Source: Emcibacter sp. (GTDB taxonomy: Bacteria > Pseudomonadota > Alphaproteobacteria > Sphingomonadales > Emcibacteraceae). Taken from it: a DNA stretch of 56,485 nucleotides. Below are positions 28,548-38,177 of the stretch, one piece after another. The notes below the pieces were generated by a model, which was not told the DNA's origin, ran no database searches, and saw nothing but the letters and a program-made list of their open reading frames with translations. How positions within the stretch are numbered: position 1 is the stretch's first letter; every line of letters begins with the position of its first letter. Both the position numbers and the translations under genes were made by a program. The stretch lies in NCBI GenBank assembly GCA_026982375.1, contig JALSHF010000154.1, positions 1 through 56,485 of the forward strand. The letters are read 5' to 3'.

Positions 28548-30053
28548 ATGACAACAACAGAACAATTAGAAAATTTACATCGTAAAACACGGGATTTTAT
28601 TTCTTCGCCCCGAAAAATGCTTGTGAACGGCCAATGGACAGCATCGGCCAGCGGCAAGAGTTTTGATACGCTCGACCCCTCAACGGGCGAGGTGATTGTT
28701 CAGGTTGCCGAAGGCGACAAAGAAGATATAGATCGCGCCGTAACTGCTGCCCGCGCCGCCTTTGAAGATGGCCCCTGGCCCAGTATGAATCCAACAGCCA
28801 GAGAGCGTTGCATGCATAAACTCGCCGACCTTATGGAGGAAAACGCAGATATTCTGGCAGAGCTGGAAGCCCTGGACAATGGTAAAAATGTGGCCATTGC
28901 CCGCGCCGTGGATATTCAGCTGGCCATTGATTATATCCGATATATGGCGGGCTGGCCCACCAAAATTATGGGCAATATCCTGCCCTTGTCCGTGCCCTAT
29001 GCGCCGGATGCAAAGTTTTTAGGTTATACTTTAAAAGAACCTGTGGGCGTTGTCGGACAAATTATCCCGTGGAATTTTCCGACCCTTATGTGCGCATGGA
29101 AATTGGGGGTTGCCCTTGCCTCGGGCTGCACCGTGGTTTTAAAGCCGGCGGAAGAAACGCCGCTTACCGCATTATATATTGGTGACTTAATCTGTCAGGC
29201 CGGCTTTCCGGATGGTGTTGTCAATATCGTTCCGGGCTACGGCCATACCGCCGGCGCCGCCTTGACCACACATAAACAAGTTGACAAAATTGCCTTCACC
29301 GGATCAACCGAGGTAGGTAAAATCATCATCAAAGCCGCAGCGGACACCATGAAAAATGTCTCCATGGAGCTTGGCGGAAAATCACCGGCAATAATTCTGC
29401 CCGATGCGGATCTGGATATTGCCATTCCGGGGGCGGCAAGTGCCATATTCTTTAATCAGGGACAAGTATGCTGCGCGGGATCCCGCCTGTTTGTACCGGA
29501 TGGCCTGTATGATCAAGTGATCGAAGGCCTGGCAGAAGCGGCCAATGCCATGAAAATAGGCCCGGGGCTAAATCCGGATAATATGATCAATCCTTTGGTC
29601 TCGCAGATTCAATATGACCGGGTTATGGGCTATATCGACAGTGGCCGCGCCGAAGGAGCCGATATTATCGCCGGCGGCAAACGCCGGGGCGATAAAGGCT
29701 ATTTTGTCGAACCAACCATTCTGGGCAATACCAACCGCGACATGAAAGTGGTTCGCGAAGAAATTTTCGGCCCTGTGGTTTGCGTACAGCGCTATAATGA
29801 TGTTGATGACATCGCCAAACTGGCCAATGATACCGTATATGGTTTGGGCGCCAGCATCTGGACAAAAGATGTGAGCAACATCATCAATATTGTGCCTAAA
29901 ATAAGGGCCGGAACCGTTTGGGTCAATTGTCACAATATACTGGATGTCGCCATGCCCTTCGGCGGCTATAAACAGTCCGGCTTTGGCAAGGATATGGGCA
30001 AAGAAGCCCTTGATTCATATCTGGAAACAAAATCCGTTTGTATCATGGCCTGA
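28548..30053 (+). CDS. NAD(P)-dependent aldehyde dehydrogenase (phenylacetaldehyde dehydrogenase/DhaS-like)
   Basis: PWNFP, KPAEETP, FTGSTEVG, MELGGKSP, FFNQGQVCCAGSR, EEIFGPV and PFGGYKQSG. Confidence 0.95.
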   Translation: MTTTEQLENLHRKTRDFISSPRKMLVNGQWTASASGKSFDTLDPSTGEVIVQVAEGDKEDIDRAVTAARAAFEDGPWPSMNPTARERCMHKLADLMEENADILAELEALDNGKNVAIARAVDIQLAIDYIRYMAGWPTKIMGNILPLSVPYAPDAKFLGYTLKEPVGVVGQIIPWNFPTLMCAWKLGVALASGCTVVLKPAEETPLTALYIGDLICQAGFPDGVVNIVPGYGHTAGAALTTHKQVDKIAFTGSTEVGKIIIKAAADTMKNVSMELGGKSPAIILPDADLDIAIPGAASAIFFNQGQVCCAGSRLFVPDGLYDQVIEGLAEAANAMKIGPGLNPDNMINPLVSQIQYDRVMGYIDSGRAEGADIIAGGKRRGDKGYFVEPTILGNTNRDMKVVREEIFGPVVCVQRYNDVDDIAKLANDTVYGLGASIWTKDVSNIINIVPKIRAGTVWVNCHNILDVAMPFGGYKQSGFGKDMGKEALDSYLETKSVCIMA

Positions 30054-30115
30054 TTTTCCTTGTCTTTAGGGGCGATCCTTCCTTAAACTTGAGCGCAAAG
30101 GCAGGAGAGTAATGG

Positions 30116-31282
30116 ATGGCCGTCATTAAAAAAGCCGTTTCACAATATCAAGATGCCCGGCAGGCGGCAGGTGAGCTGTTTCAACAGCTTTGCGAAACCG
30201 GCCCGCCGCCGGCCTTATGCCTGTTTTTTTGTTCGCCCAATTATGATCTGGACCTGTTGGAAAAAGAATTATCCCGCTGTTTCGGCAATATTCCTTTGGT
30301 GGGCTGCACCACCGCCGGTGAAATAACCCCTCTTGGCTATCAGGAGGACAGCATCACGGCCGTTGCCTTTCCAAAAAATCATTTCAAAATTGTCACGCAG
30401 CGGCTGGATAATATAAGCCGGTTTAAAATTCAGGACGGCATGGATATTGGCGGAAATCTGGTGGCCAGCTTTAAAAAATCCATCCCCACGGCCAATGGCC
30501 ATAACAGCTTCGCCTTTATGTTAATTGACGGCATGAGCAATGCGGAAGAACGGGTCACGGCCTCCATCGGCAGTCAATTGGGCGACATTCCGCTGGTTGG
30601 CGGGTCGACAGCGGATAATTGGGATCTGAAAAAAACCCGTATTTTCTTCAATGGCCATTTTTTGCGCGATACGGCGGTCGTTATTTTATTTCATACTGAA
30701 TTGCCCTTTCGGGTGCAATATGCCCACCATTATGTGGCCGGAAAGGCCCGGGCGGTCATTACAGAGGCCGACCCCATCACCAGAATTGTTCATGAAATAA
30801 ATGGTCTGCCTGCGACTCAGGAATATGCCAGACTTTGCGGCGTGGATGAAAAAGATCTTTCCATTTCTGTTTGCAGCAACCACCCTATTTTAATGAAAAT
30901 TGGCGGAAAATATTATTCGCGGGGCGTGGTCGAAGTCAATCATGACGCGCAAACCATTCATTTTGCCTGCGCCATCGGCAAGGGTGTTGTCTGCAGTATT
31001 GCGCGGCCCTCTGACCCGGTTGCCAATACAAGGCAGCTTTTTCAGGATATTCGCGCCGAAATTGGCTCGCTGGATCTGGTTTTGGGGTGTGATTGCGCCG
31101 CCCGGAAAATGATTTATGAACAGCAGGGGCTCATGGACGATATCTCCCGGATTTATGTGGAAAATAATGTCATTGGCTTTGCCTCCTTTGGCGAACAATA
31201 TAATACCATCCATATGAATAATTCTTTCTGCTGTATCGCGATTGGTAAAGAAACAGAAATCGTGGAAAAAGATAATGCGTGA
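30116..31282 (+). CDS. FIST-domain sensor protein (NosP-like)
   Basis: FFCS..YD, GCTTAGEI, DG.S..EE, GGS.AD, R.V.EING.PA..YA, F.CAI, CDC..R and GF…GEQ….H.N. Confidence 0.9.
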   Translation: MAVIKKAVSQYQDARQAAGELFQQLCETGPPPALCLFFCSPNYDLDLLEKELSRCFGNIPLVGCTTAGEITPLGYQEDSITAVAFPKNHFKIVTQRLDNISRFKIQDGMDIGGNLVASFKKSIPTANGHNSFAFMLIDGMSNAEERVTASIGSQLGDIPLVGGSTADNWDLKKTRIFFNGHFLRDTAVVILFHTELPFRVQYAHHYVAGKARAVITEADPITRIVHEINGLPATQEYARLCGVDEKDLSISVCSNHPILMKIGGKYYSRGVVEVNHDAQTIHFACAIGKGVVCSIARPSDPVANTRQLFQDIRAEIGSLDLVLGCDCAARKMIYEQQGLMDDISRIYVENNVIGFASFGEQYNTIHMNNSFCCIAIGKETEIVEKDNA

Positions 31283-32675
31283 CCAGAAGAGCCCCTATAC
31301 GGATAAAGACATAGAACAGCTGGTCATGGAAAATGCCCGTCTGAATAAAATACTTCAGGTTTTAATGGACAGGGTTGAGCAGGAAATGGATCAACAGCAG
31401 GATAGTTTCACCATTTTCCAAACCGCCATCAAACTCGAAGAAACCGTAATCCAGCGCACAAATGAATTAAAAGACCTGAACAGCCGGCTCATGAAAGAAC
31501 TGGAGGAGCGGCAAAAGGTCGAAGAAAAACTGCAAATAGCCAAAAAACAGGCGGAAGAAGCCAACAAAAGCAAGACAACTTTTCTGGCCACCGCCAGTCA
31601 TGACTTGCGGCAACCCCTCAATGCCGCGCGGCTGTTTATCGGTTCTCTCGCGGGCGCGGATATTGGCGCAAAAAATGCCCATTATGTGGCCCGGATCGGT
31701 AATTCCCTTGACGCACTGGATGATTTATTGGGTATATTGCTCAATATTTCGCAACTGGATTCAGGCGGTATCATTCCCCGCTTTTGTCATTTTTACTTGC
31801 AGGATCTGTTAAACAGGGTTGTTCCGGATTATATCCAGTCGGGGCAGGAAAGAGGGCTTGATATTCGCATGGTACCCTCTTCTTCTATTGTCTATAGCGA
31901 CCCCCGTTTTTTAGAGACCATATTACGGAACTTCCTCAGCAACGCGGTGCGCTATACCAAAAAAGGCGGCGTGCTGGTTGGCTGCCGGATGCGGGCCGGC
32001 AAAATCATTCTGCAAGTATTTGATACGGGTATTGGCATCAAGGAAAGCCAGTTGGACGACATATTCGAGGAATTTATTCAGGTTCATGAAGACCATACGG
32101 CAGGCGGGCGCGGCATTGGCCTGGGCCTGTCTATTGTCCGGCGCGTGTCCGGGCTGTTGGACGCCCCTGTCGAAGTTCGCTCCACCATTGGCAAGGGATC
32201 AGTATTCAGTATTGCGCTGCCTCAAGGGGATGACCGGAAAATCACCCGGTTATATTTGGATCACACATCCAATGCGCCCCTTTCCAGGAATTTTGCCAAC
32301 CGCGTTATGGTGGTGATTGATAATGACAAGAATGTCCTGGAGGGTATGACGGCTTTGCTTGAAAAATGGGGGGCAGACATTATTTCCGGAATGTCTGCCG
32401 ATGTTTGTCTTGCGCAACTTATTGAAAAAGACATTATTCCGGACATCATTATAGCGGACTATCATTTAAACGGAGATGACACGGGCATAAAGGCTGTCAC
32501 AGAAATCCATACTGAACTTTCCGGCTTGTCTGATGGGCCAATTCCCGCGATCATCATTACCAGCGACAGGGACCCCAAACTGGAAAAAATGCTGGCACTC
32601 AATGATCTGCCGCTCATTCATAAGCCCGTGGCACCGGCAAAACTTCATGCCTTGATCCTGCATCTGCTGCCCTAG
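31275..32675 (+). CDS. Cytoplasmic hybrid histidine kinase/receiver (NahK/ErcS-like, no PAS or TM domain)
   Basis: N-terminal coiled coil; H-box ASHDLRQPLNAARLF; N box NFLSNAVRYT; DTGIGI; GIGLGLSIV; receiver IDND…ADYHL…KP. Overlaps the FIST gene end. Confidence 0.92.
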   Translation: MRDQKSPYTDKDIEQLVMENARLNKILQVLMDRVEQEMDQQQDSFTIFQTAIKLEETVIQRTNELKDLNSRLMKELEERQKVEEKLQIAKKQAEEANKSKTTFLATASHDLRQPLNAARLFIGSLAGADIGAKNAHYVARIGNSLDALDDLLGILLNISQLDSGGIIPRFCHFYLQDLLNRVVPDYIQSGQERGLDIRMVPSSSIVYSDPRFLETILRNFLSNAVRYTKKGGVLVGCRMRAGKIILQVFDTGIGIKESQLDDIFEEFIQVHEDHTAGGRGIGLGLSIVRRVSGLLDAPVEVRSTIGKGSVFSIALPQGDDRKITRLYLDHTSNAPLSRNFANRVMVVIDNDKNVLEGMTALLEKWGADIISGMSADVCLAQLIEKDIIPDIIIADYHLNGDDTGIKAVTEIHTELSGLSDGPIPAIIITSDRDPKLEKMLALNDLPLIHKPVAPAKLHALILHLLP

Positions 32676-32696
32676 GCCAATGTCAGATCTGGGATA

Positions 32697-33410
32697 TTAC
32701 GCTTTAACATCCGGCTTCTGATTAATGTTTTTAGCGGCAATAACCGCCTGAAGCCGGTTGCTCACCCCAAGCTTGCGCAAAATAGCCGATACATGTGCCT
32801 TGACCGTAATCTCGCTTATGCCCAATTCATAGGCAATGATTTTATTGGCCTTTCCCTCGGCAAGAAGGTCAAGCACCGCAAGCTGGCGCGGCGTCAGGGC
32901 AGATATATTTTCTTTGGTTTTATCTGTTTCAGGATGCGGAGAAGGGGCCTCCTTGTTAAATTTCGCGATAACGGCGCCCGCCTCCAGCGTCCCCCCAAAC
33001 AGGCCCAAGGCTTCGGTTGGGATATAGGGGCTGCCCGACATGACAAGCCGGATAGCGTTTTTCATGACCCCCTGGGATGACGATTTGGGCAAATATCCCA
33101 TGGCCCCATGGGAGAAGCTTTCTCGAACGACATCAGCCTGATCCATCGATGAAACCATCACAACAGGAATGGACGGGGCCTTGCGACGAATTGAAATCAG
33201 GCAGGAAAAACCCTCCGCCCCCGGCAGTTTCAAATCAAGCAAGACCAAATCAAAGGCGGGGCCACTATCCAAAGCCTGCAGGGTTTGGGTGGCCGTTGTC
33301 GTACAAATACATTCCGCGCCCCCTGAAAACACATCAAGCACGACCCCCTTCAGCGCTTCGTGGAAAAGCGGGTGGTCATCGGCAATTAATATTCGCTTCA
33401 TATCCGGCAA
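32697..33410 (-). CDS. NarL/LuxR-family response regulator (ErbR/AgmR-CrbR-like)
   Basis: ILIADDHPLF, LLDL.LPG and PKSS; HTH LTPRQ…NK.IAYEL.ISE.TVKAHVSAILRKL.V.NR.QA. Confidence 0.93.
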   Translation of the reverse strand: MPDMKRILIADDHPLFHEALKGVVLDVFSGGAECICTTTATQTLQALDSGPAFDLVLLDLKLPGAEGFSCLISIRRKAPSIPVVMVSSMDQADVVRESFSHGAMGYLPKSSSQGVMKNAIRLVMSGSPYIPTEALGLFGGTLEAGAVIAKFNKEAPSPHPETDKTKENISALTPRQLAVLDLLAEGKANKIIAYELGISEITVKAHVSAILRKLGVSNRLQAVIAAKNINQKPDVKA

Positions 33411-33494
33411 CGCTGCTGTCCTTAAAGTCAGAGGAAGATTTCCTGATGAATAGACTATAGATCAAACCTGATCTCACGAACAATCTTTTATGAT

Positions 33495-34439
33495 TTACGC
33501 CTCACTTTCAAAAGCGCCAACAATAAATTTCTGACTTTGATCGGCCCCTTGCTTATAGGATTTTGCCCTGCCCATATCCGATATGTCATCCCAGTTTTCG
33601 GCAATCATTTCGGGGGTTGCCTCCGGGCCCAGGAACATGCCGGCGCTTTCCAAAATCTGCGCGCGGGCAAAGGTCCCAGCGCCGGCGGTAATAATCTCGC
33701 CTGTCGGGGCTTCCTTGCCGCATAGATATAATACAGCGGGCGATACGGATTCAGGGGTGAGTAAATCCAGCATTTGCGGCGGCATTATATCATCGGTCAT
33801 GCGGGTTGCCGCAACAGGAGCCAAGGCATTCACCCGAATATTAGATCTAAAAAGCTCAAGTTTTAACGTATTGGTCAGCCCCACAAGGGCAAGCTTTGCC
33901 GCACCGTAATTGCTCTGCCCGAAATTACCATACAGCCCGCTGGAGGATGTGGTCATAACGATGCGGCCATATTCCTGATCTTTCATAATCGGCAAAACGG
34001 CGCGGGTGGCAATAACGCTGCCCATAAGGTGAACATCCAGCACAGCCTGAAAATCGGACAAGGCCATCTTGCTGAAGGTCTTGTCCCGCAAAATACCCGC
34101 ATTATTAACCAGAATATCAAGGCGGCCAAAAGCCGACATGGTTTGATCTACCATATCCTGCATGTCGGTCTGTGAGGTAACGTTACCAAAATTTGCCAAC
34201 GCCCTGCCCCCCTGACTGGTGATCTCCTGAACCACTTTTTCTGCTGCTGATGGGCCAGAATCAAGGCCAGAATCAGGGCCAGAATCAGGGCCAGCTTTAT
34301 CGCCGCCGTCCCGCGCGCCGCCAAGGTCATTAACCACGACCATGGCCCCGCGCCGCGCAAAAGCATGGGCATGGGCGCGGCCCAGACCACCGCCTGCGCC
34401 GGTGATAATCGCGACTTGTCCGGTAAAATCATAGGGCAT
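33495..34439 (-). CDS. Short-chain dehydrogenase, MFE-2/HSD17B4-like 3-hydroxyacyl-CoA dehydrogenase type
   Basis: TGAGGGLG, VVVNDLG, NNAGILRD and GNFGQSNYGAAK. Confidence 0.9.
   Translation of the reverse strand: MPYDFTGQVAIITGAGGGLGRAHAHAFARRGAMVVVNDLGGARDGGDKAGPDSGPDSGLDSGPSAAEKVVQEITSQGGRALANFGNVTSQTDMQDMVDQTMSAFGRLDILVNNAGILRDKTFSKMALSDFQAVLDVHLMGSVIATRAVLPIMKDQEYGRIVMTTSSSGLYGNFGQSNYGAAKLALVGLTNTLKLELFRSNIRVNALAPVAATRMTDDIMPPQMLDLLTPESVSPAVLYLCGKEAPTGEIITAGAGTFARAQILESAGMFLGPEATPEMIAENWDDISDMGRAKSYKQGADQSQKFIVGAFESEA
34252..34294. repeat. About 3.5 x 12-bp tandem repeat (G/A)GGCCAGAATCA in the SDR gene (GPDS repeats)
   Basis: Read directly; encodes AGPDSGPDSGLDSGP in a loop. Confidence 0.9.
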
Positions 34440-34577
34440 CTGTTTATTCCTTGAATGTTGTTAAAAAAATGTCGTGGCAGCCTTTTGCCTTATAAAATTT
34501 AACATAAATCAATTATCATGAAATAAAAGACAATTTCATATTCAATGCATTTACAAAACCCAGAAAATCATATAGGT

Positions 34578-34602
34578 GTTGTTGATAATTATTATTAACA
34601 AC
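34578..34602. promoter_or_regulatory. Fur-box-like palindrome upstream of feoA
   Basis: GTTGTTGATAAT-T-ATTATTAACAAC (12-1-12, one mismatch); the core matches the 7-1-7 TGATAAT-N-ATTATCA at 13/14. Confidence 0.75.
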
Positions 34603-34615
34603 TTATGTATATATC

Positions 34616-34882
34616 ATGACCATTAGATATTTAAGCGATTTAAAAAAAGGCGAAGAAGCGACAATCCTTGGCTTTGATCCAAAAAGCTGTAAAGATATTG
34701 ATTTTGCGCGTGATCTGGAAGATCGCCTGCTTGAAATCGGTTTTGAAGAAGGCCTGAATGTTAAAATCCTCCATGAAGGGCCCATATCTCGCGACCCGAT
34801 CGCCGTACGCATCGGGCAGATGACCGTGGCCCTGCGCCGTATGGAGGCCGCAGCGGTAAGAATATATGACGGAAAACCATAA
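34616..34882 (+). CDS. feoA: Ferrous iron transport protein A
   Basis: L.DLKKG…RLLEIGF.EG…DPIAV….VALRR.EA. Confidence 0.92.
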   Translation: MTIRYLSDLKKGEEATILGFDPKSCKDIDFARDLEDRLLEIGFEEGLNVKILHEGPISRDPIAVRIGQMTVALRRMEAAAVRIYDGKP

Positions 34883-34887
34883 GCAGC

Positions 34888-36762
34888 ATGGCCAATAATT
34901 CACCTGATATTAAACAAGACATTAAAATCGCCCTCGTCGGCAGCCCCAATTGCGGCAAAAGCTCCCTGTTTAACAGCCTGACCGGCAGCCGCCAAAAAGT
35001 AGCCAATTACCCCGGCGTGACCGTAGAGCGGCGCAGCGGAAAATACACCACTGCGGATGGCAAAGTCATTACCCTGATCGATCTGCCCGGCATCTATAGC
35101 CTCAAAGACCGCACCCTTGATGAACGGGTCAGCCGTCAGGTCATCACCGGCACCCATGTGAGTGAAAGTCAGCCCGATCTGTTGCTTTGCGTGGCCGACA
35201 GCACCAATCTTCGGGTGCATTTACGCCTCGTATTGGAATTAAAGCACCTTGGCCTGCCGATCATATTGGCACTGAATATGCATGATATGGCACAAAGGGA
35301 TGATATCAGAATTGATCCCGAGATATTATCCAAAGAATTGGGGGTTCCGGTGGTGACCACCATTGCCGTACGGCGCGGCAGTCTGGATAATTTAAAAAGC
35401 CAACTTTCCAGAACGCTCAATGACCTGCCGCCAAAGCAGGAGAGCATGCCCGCCCCGACAACAAGGGAATTGCAACAACAGGCCCGTGATATTGCCGCCC
35501 GCGCCACATTGTCCGAAGGATCGCAACATAAAATCACCCGCCAGCTGGACAGGCTTCTGTTACATCCGGTATTTGGCATCCTTATCTTCTTCATTACTTT
35601 ATTTGGCATGTTCCAACTGGTCTATTTCTGGGCCGCCGCCCCTATGGACCTCATAGAGGGGGGCTTTACCCTGTTGCAGGGTGTTATTTCAGATATTCTG
35701 CCCGATAACTGGTTCCGCAGCCTGCTCAATGATGGCATCATTGCGGGCGTGGGCAGTGTTCTGGTCTTCCTGCCGCAAATCATCATTCTTTTTACCTTCA
35801 TTTTAATATTGGAATCCACCGGCTATATGGCCCGGGCCGCCTTCATTATGGATCGCACCATGGCCATGGTTGGACTGAATGGCCGCGCGTTCATTCCCTT
35901 AATGTCCAGCTTTGCCTGCGCCATTCCGGGCATCATGGCCACCCGAACCATCGAACATCACCGGGACCGGATCACCACCATAATGATTGCACCGTTAATG
36001 ACCTGTTCCGCGCGCATACCGGTTTATGCCCTTCTGATTGGTGCTGTTGTGCCAAACAAACCTATAATTTTCGGCCTGTTCGGCTTGCAGGGTATGGTCT
36101 TGTTTGGCTTGTATCTGATCGGTATTGTCAGCGCGTTGATTGTGGCAATGGTGTTGAAAATGACTTTGACCAAGGGCGTGGCCCAGCCGTTTCTTATGGA
36201 GCTGCCCAAATATCAGCTGCCGGTTTTTCGACATTTAATGATCAATCTGTGGGAGCGCGTTAAAACATTCCTCAGGCGGGCCGGGACAATTATTTTATAT
36301 GCGGCCATCGGTTTATGGTTGCTCGCGCAATATCCTAAAAAGCCCATCGGCGGCCTTGAGCCGGATATTTTTTACAGCTATGCGGGTATTATGGGCCGCG
36401 CCCTGCAACATATTTTCGCCCCGCTTGGTTTTAACTGGGAAATGTCGATTGCGCTTATTCCCGGCATGGCCGCCCGTGAAGTGGCCATTGGCGCATTGGG
36501 CACCGTTTATGCTCTTCAGGGAAATGAGGGGCAGGTTGAACAAAGCTTGCGCACGATCATCCAAAGCAGCTGGTCGCTGCCCACCGCATTTGCTTTTCTG
36601 GCCTGGTATATTTTTGCCCCGCAATGTCTTGCCACCCTCGCCACGGTACGCAGAGAAACCAACAGCTGGGGCTGGACCGCCTTTATGACCGGATATCTCT
36701 TCGCCCTGGCCTATTTAGCCGCCCTTGCAGTAAATAAAGCCACCATAGCCTTACTGGCTTAA
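34888..36762 (+). CDS. feoB: Ferrous iron transport protein B
   Basis: G1 GSPNCGKS, VANYPGVTVE, DLPG, FACAIPGIM, CSAR and PQC. Confidence 0.97.
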   Translation: MANNSPDIKQDIKIALVGSPNCGKSSLFNSLTGSRQKVANYPGVTVERRSGKYTTADGKVITLIDLPGIYSLKDRTLDERVSRQVITGTHVSESQPDLLLCVADSTNLRVHLRLVLELKHLGLPIILALNMHDMAQRDDIRIDPEILSKELGVPVVTTIAVRRGSLDNLKSQLSRTLNDLPPKQESMPAPTTRELQQQARDIAARATLSEGSQHKITRQLDRLLLHPVFGILIFFITLFGMFQLVYFWAAAPMDLIEGGFTLLQGVISDILPDNWFRSLLNDGIIAGVGSVLVFLPQIIILFTFILILESTGYMARAAFIMDRTMAMVGLNGRAFIPLMSSFACAIPGIMATRTIEHHRDRITTIMIAPLMTCSARIPVYALLIGAVVPNKPIIFGLFGLQGMVLFGLYLIGIVSALIVAMVLKMTLTKGVAQPFLMELPKYQLPVFRHLMINLWERVKTFLRRAGTIILYAAIGLWLLAQYPKKPIGGLEPDIFYSYAGIMGRALQHIFAPLGFNWEMSIALIPGMAAREVAIGALGTVYALQGNEGQVEQSLRTIIQSSWSLPTAFAFLAWYIFAPQCLATLATVRRETNSWGWTAFMTGYLFALAYLAALAVNKATIALLA

Positions 36763-36918
36763 AATACCCCCCTTCATAAATTAAAGAAAAATTTACAAGA
36801 TATTTACGCTTTTCGGTAACTATTGCTGGATAAAGTTGTCTGGTGAGAGTATTTTTTACATCCTTTGAGTCGGCATCATGGCTTTGGTTTGATTCAATAG
36901 CCGGGAAGAATAAAAAGA

Positions 36919-38100
36919 ATGAATCCTGTAGAATATTCTGGCGAAATTTCTGGCCAAGAAAACAGAATAACCTTCCAACTATATGATTGTTGGGCCGGGT
37001 TGGCGGGAGATCAGGATATCCCCCCCTTAAAGGCGCTCGCGCCCGAGTCTATCGCCCCCTATAAAAACAATATGGTGCTCATTGACCTGCGCGACCCGGA
37101 TAACGAGCCAACTTTACAGGTGGTTGGCCAACTTCTGCGTCAGGATGTCGATCAGGACCTCGTCCTTGCCGGCATCAGCGAAATTCCCCGCCGGACTCTG
37201 CTCAGCCGCATCACCGACCATTATATGGAGGTTTTGGCCAATAAAAGCCCGATCTCTTTTGACGCAGAATTCCATAATAAGGCCAGGGAAAAAATTCTCT
37301 ATCGCGGAATTTTGCTACCCTTCAGTGATGACGGGGAAAATATAAATTTCATTCTGGGGGCCATACGCTGGATCAGCGAAAGTGATCGGCCAGAAACAGA
37401 AAGAGAAACAAAAAGAGAAACAGAAATAGATTCAAAAGCAGAACAAAGCCCGCAAAGTCACCCCCAAAATCACCCCCAGACTGAGGACTTGCTTCAATCA
37501 CAGCTGGATCATTGCCGCAGATTGGTGCAAGGAAAAAATGCAGGATCGGATATCAGATCCAGAAAATCATTATATGAGGCCCTGGGGGCCATTCTGGATT
37601 TCCACGAAACATGCTGTGCCAATCCTGATCAATATCGCGACCTTCTACAGACTGAGGGCTTAAAGGCGCAAAAACGCGCGCCCTTCACCCCCTGTTTAAA
37701 AATGTGCTTTGGCGCGAAATATGACAAAACCCGCCTAACAGAATATGCGGCGGCCTTGTCTTTCGCTCAAAAAAACCATAAAAGCGGCGCGGAAATACCC
37801 GAGTTTCTGGGTCAATTTCCGGGGGGCATCAAAGGCTGCGTGCGGGCCATGCGAGAGGGCCGCACCATGGCAACCCATGCCCCCGCGCAAGACCTTCAGA
37901 AAGAAAAACAGAAAATCATTCATAGCATGCCGCCCATTGCCAAATTTTCACTGGAAGCCTCTGAGGCAGATATTTATAAAGATGAATTATGCCTGATTCT
38001 CGGGCGGCGAAACGGCGCGCATATAGACGTTATGAAAATTCTGAAAGAAGAAGAAAAAATATTGCCTCACATTCTAAGACTATTCATGAAAGACCTGTAA
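36919..38100 (+). CDS. PAS-like domain protein with an uncharacterised helical C-terminal domain
   Basis: N-terminal PAS_5-like region (W..LAG…P…YRGILLPFSDDG), repetitive linker, then LY.AL…RAP.TP..K..FG..YDKTRLTEYAAAL…GGIK. Confidence 0.7.
   Translation: MNPVEYSGEISGQENRITFQLYDCWAGLAGDQDIPPLKALAPESIAPYKNNMVLIDLRDPDNEPTLQVVGQLLRQDVDQDLVLAGISEIPRRTLLSRITDHYMEVLANKSPISFDAEFHNKAREKILYRGILLPFSDDGENINFILGAIRWISESDRPETERETKRETEIDSKAEQSPQSHPQNHPQTEDLLQSQLDHCRRLVQGKNAGSDIRSRKSLYEALGAILDFHETCCANPDQYRDLLQTEGLKAQKRAPFTPCLKMCFGAKYDKTRLTEYAAALSFAQKNHKSGAEIPEFLGQFPGGIKGCVRAMREGRTMATHAPAQDLQKEKQKIIHSMPPIAKFSLEASEADIYKDELCLILGRRNGAHIDVMKILKEEEKILPHILRLFMKDL
37392..37476 (+). repeat. 12-bp tandem repeats in the linker (ETER/ETKR/ETEI; QSHP/QNHP)
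   Basis: AGAAACAGAAAG-type x3 (37392-37427) and CAAA(G/A)TCACCCC x2 (37453-37476). Confidence 0.75.
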
Positions 38101-38177
38101 AGCAAAAGAATAACCCTGTTTTAATTAATATACCCGACGACATCTCACTATACCAATGTGATAAAAAGGACAAAAAA

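Noticed and set aside
33451-33464. GTCTA half-site (minus strand) upstream of the response regulator
   Set aside because: No -10 hexamer at the 25-nt spacing seen for the other two boxes, so autoregulation is unsupported.
17244-34439. The amine island as a mobile element
   Set aside because: No integrase, transposase, tRNA or flanking direct repeats were seen; GC contrast was not computed.
37989-38177. N-terminal extension of gdh in the ORF track
   Set aside because: It overlaps the upstream PAS gene by 112 bp; GTG 38178 has a better RBS.
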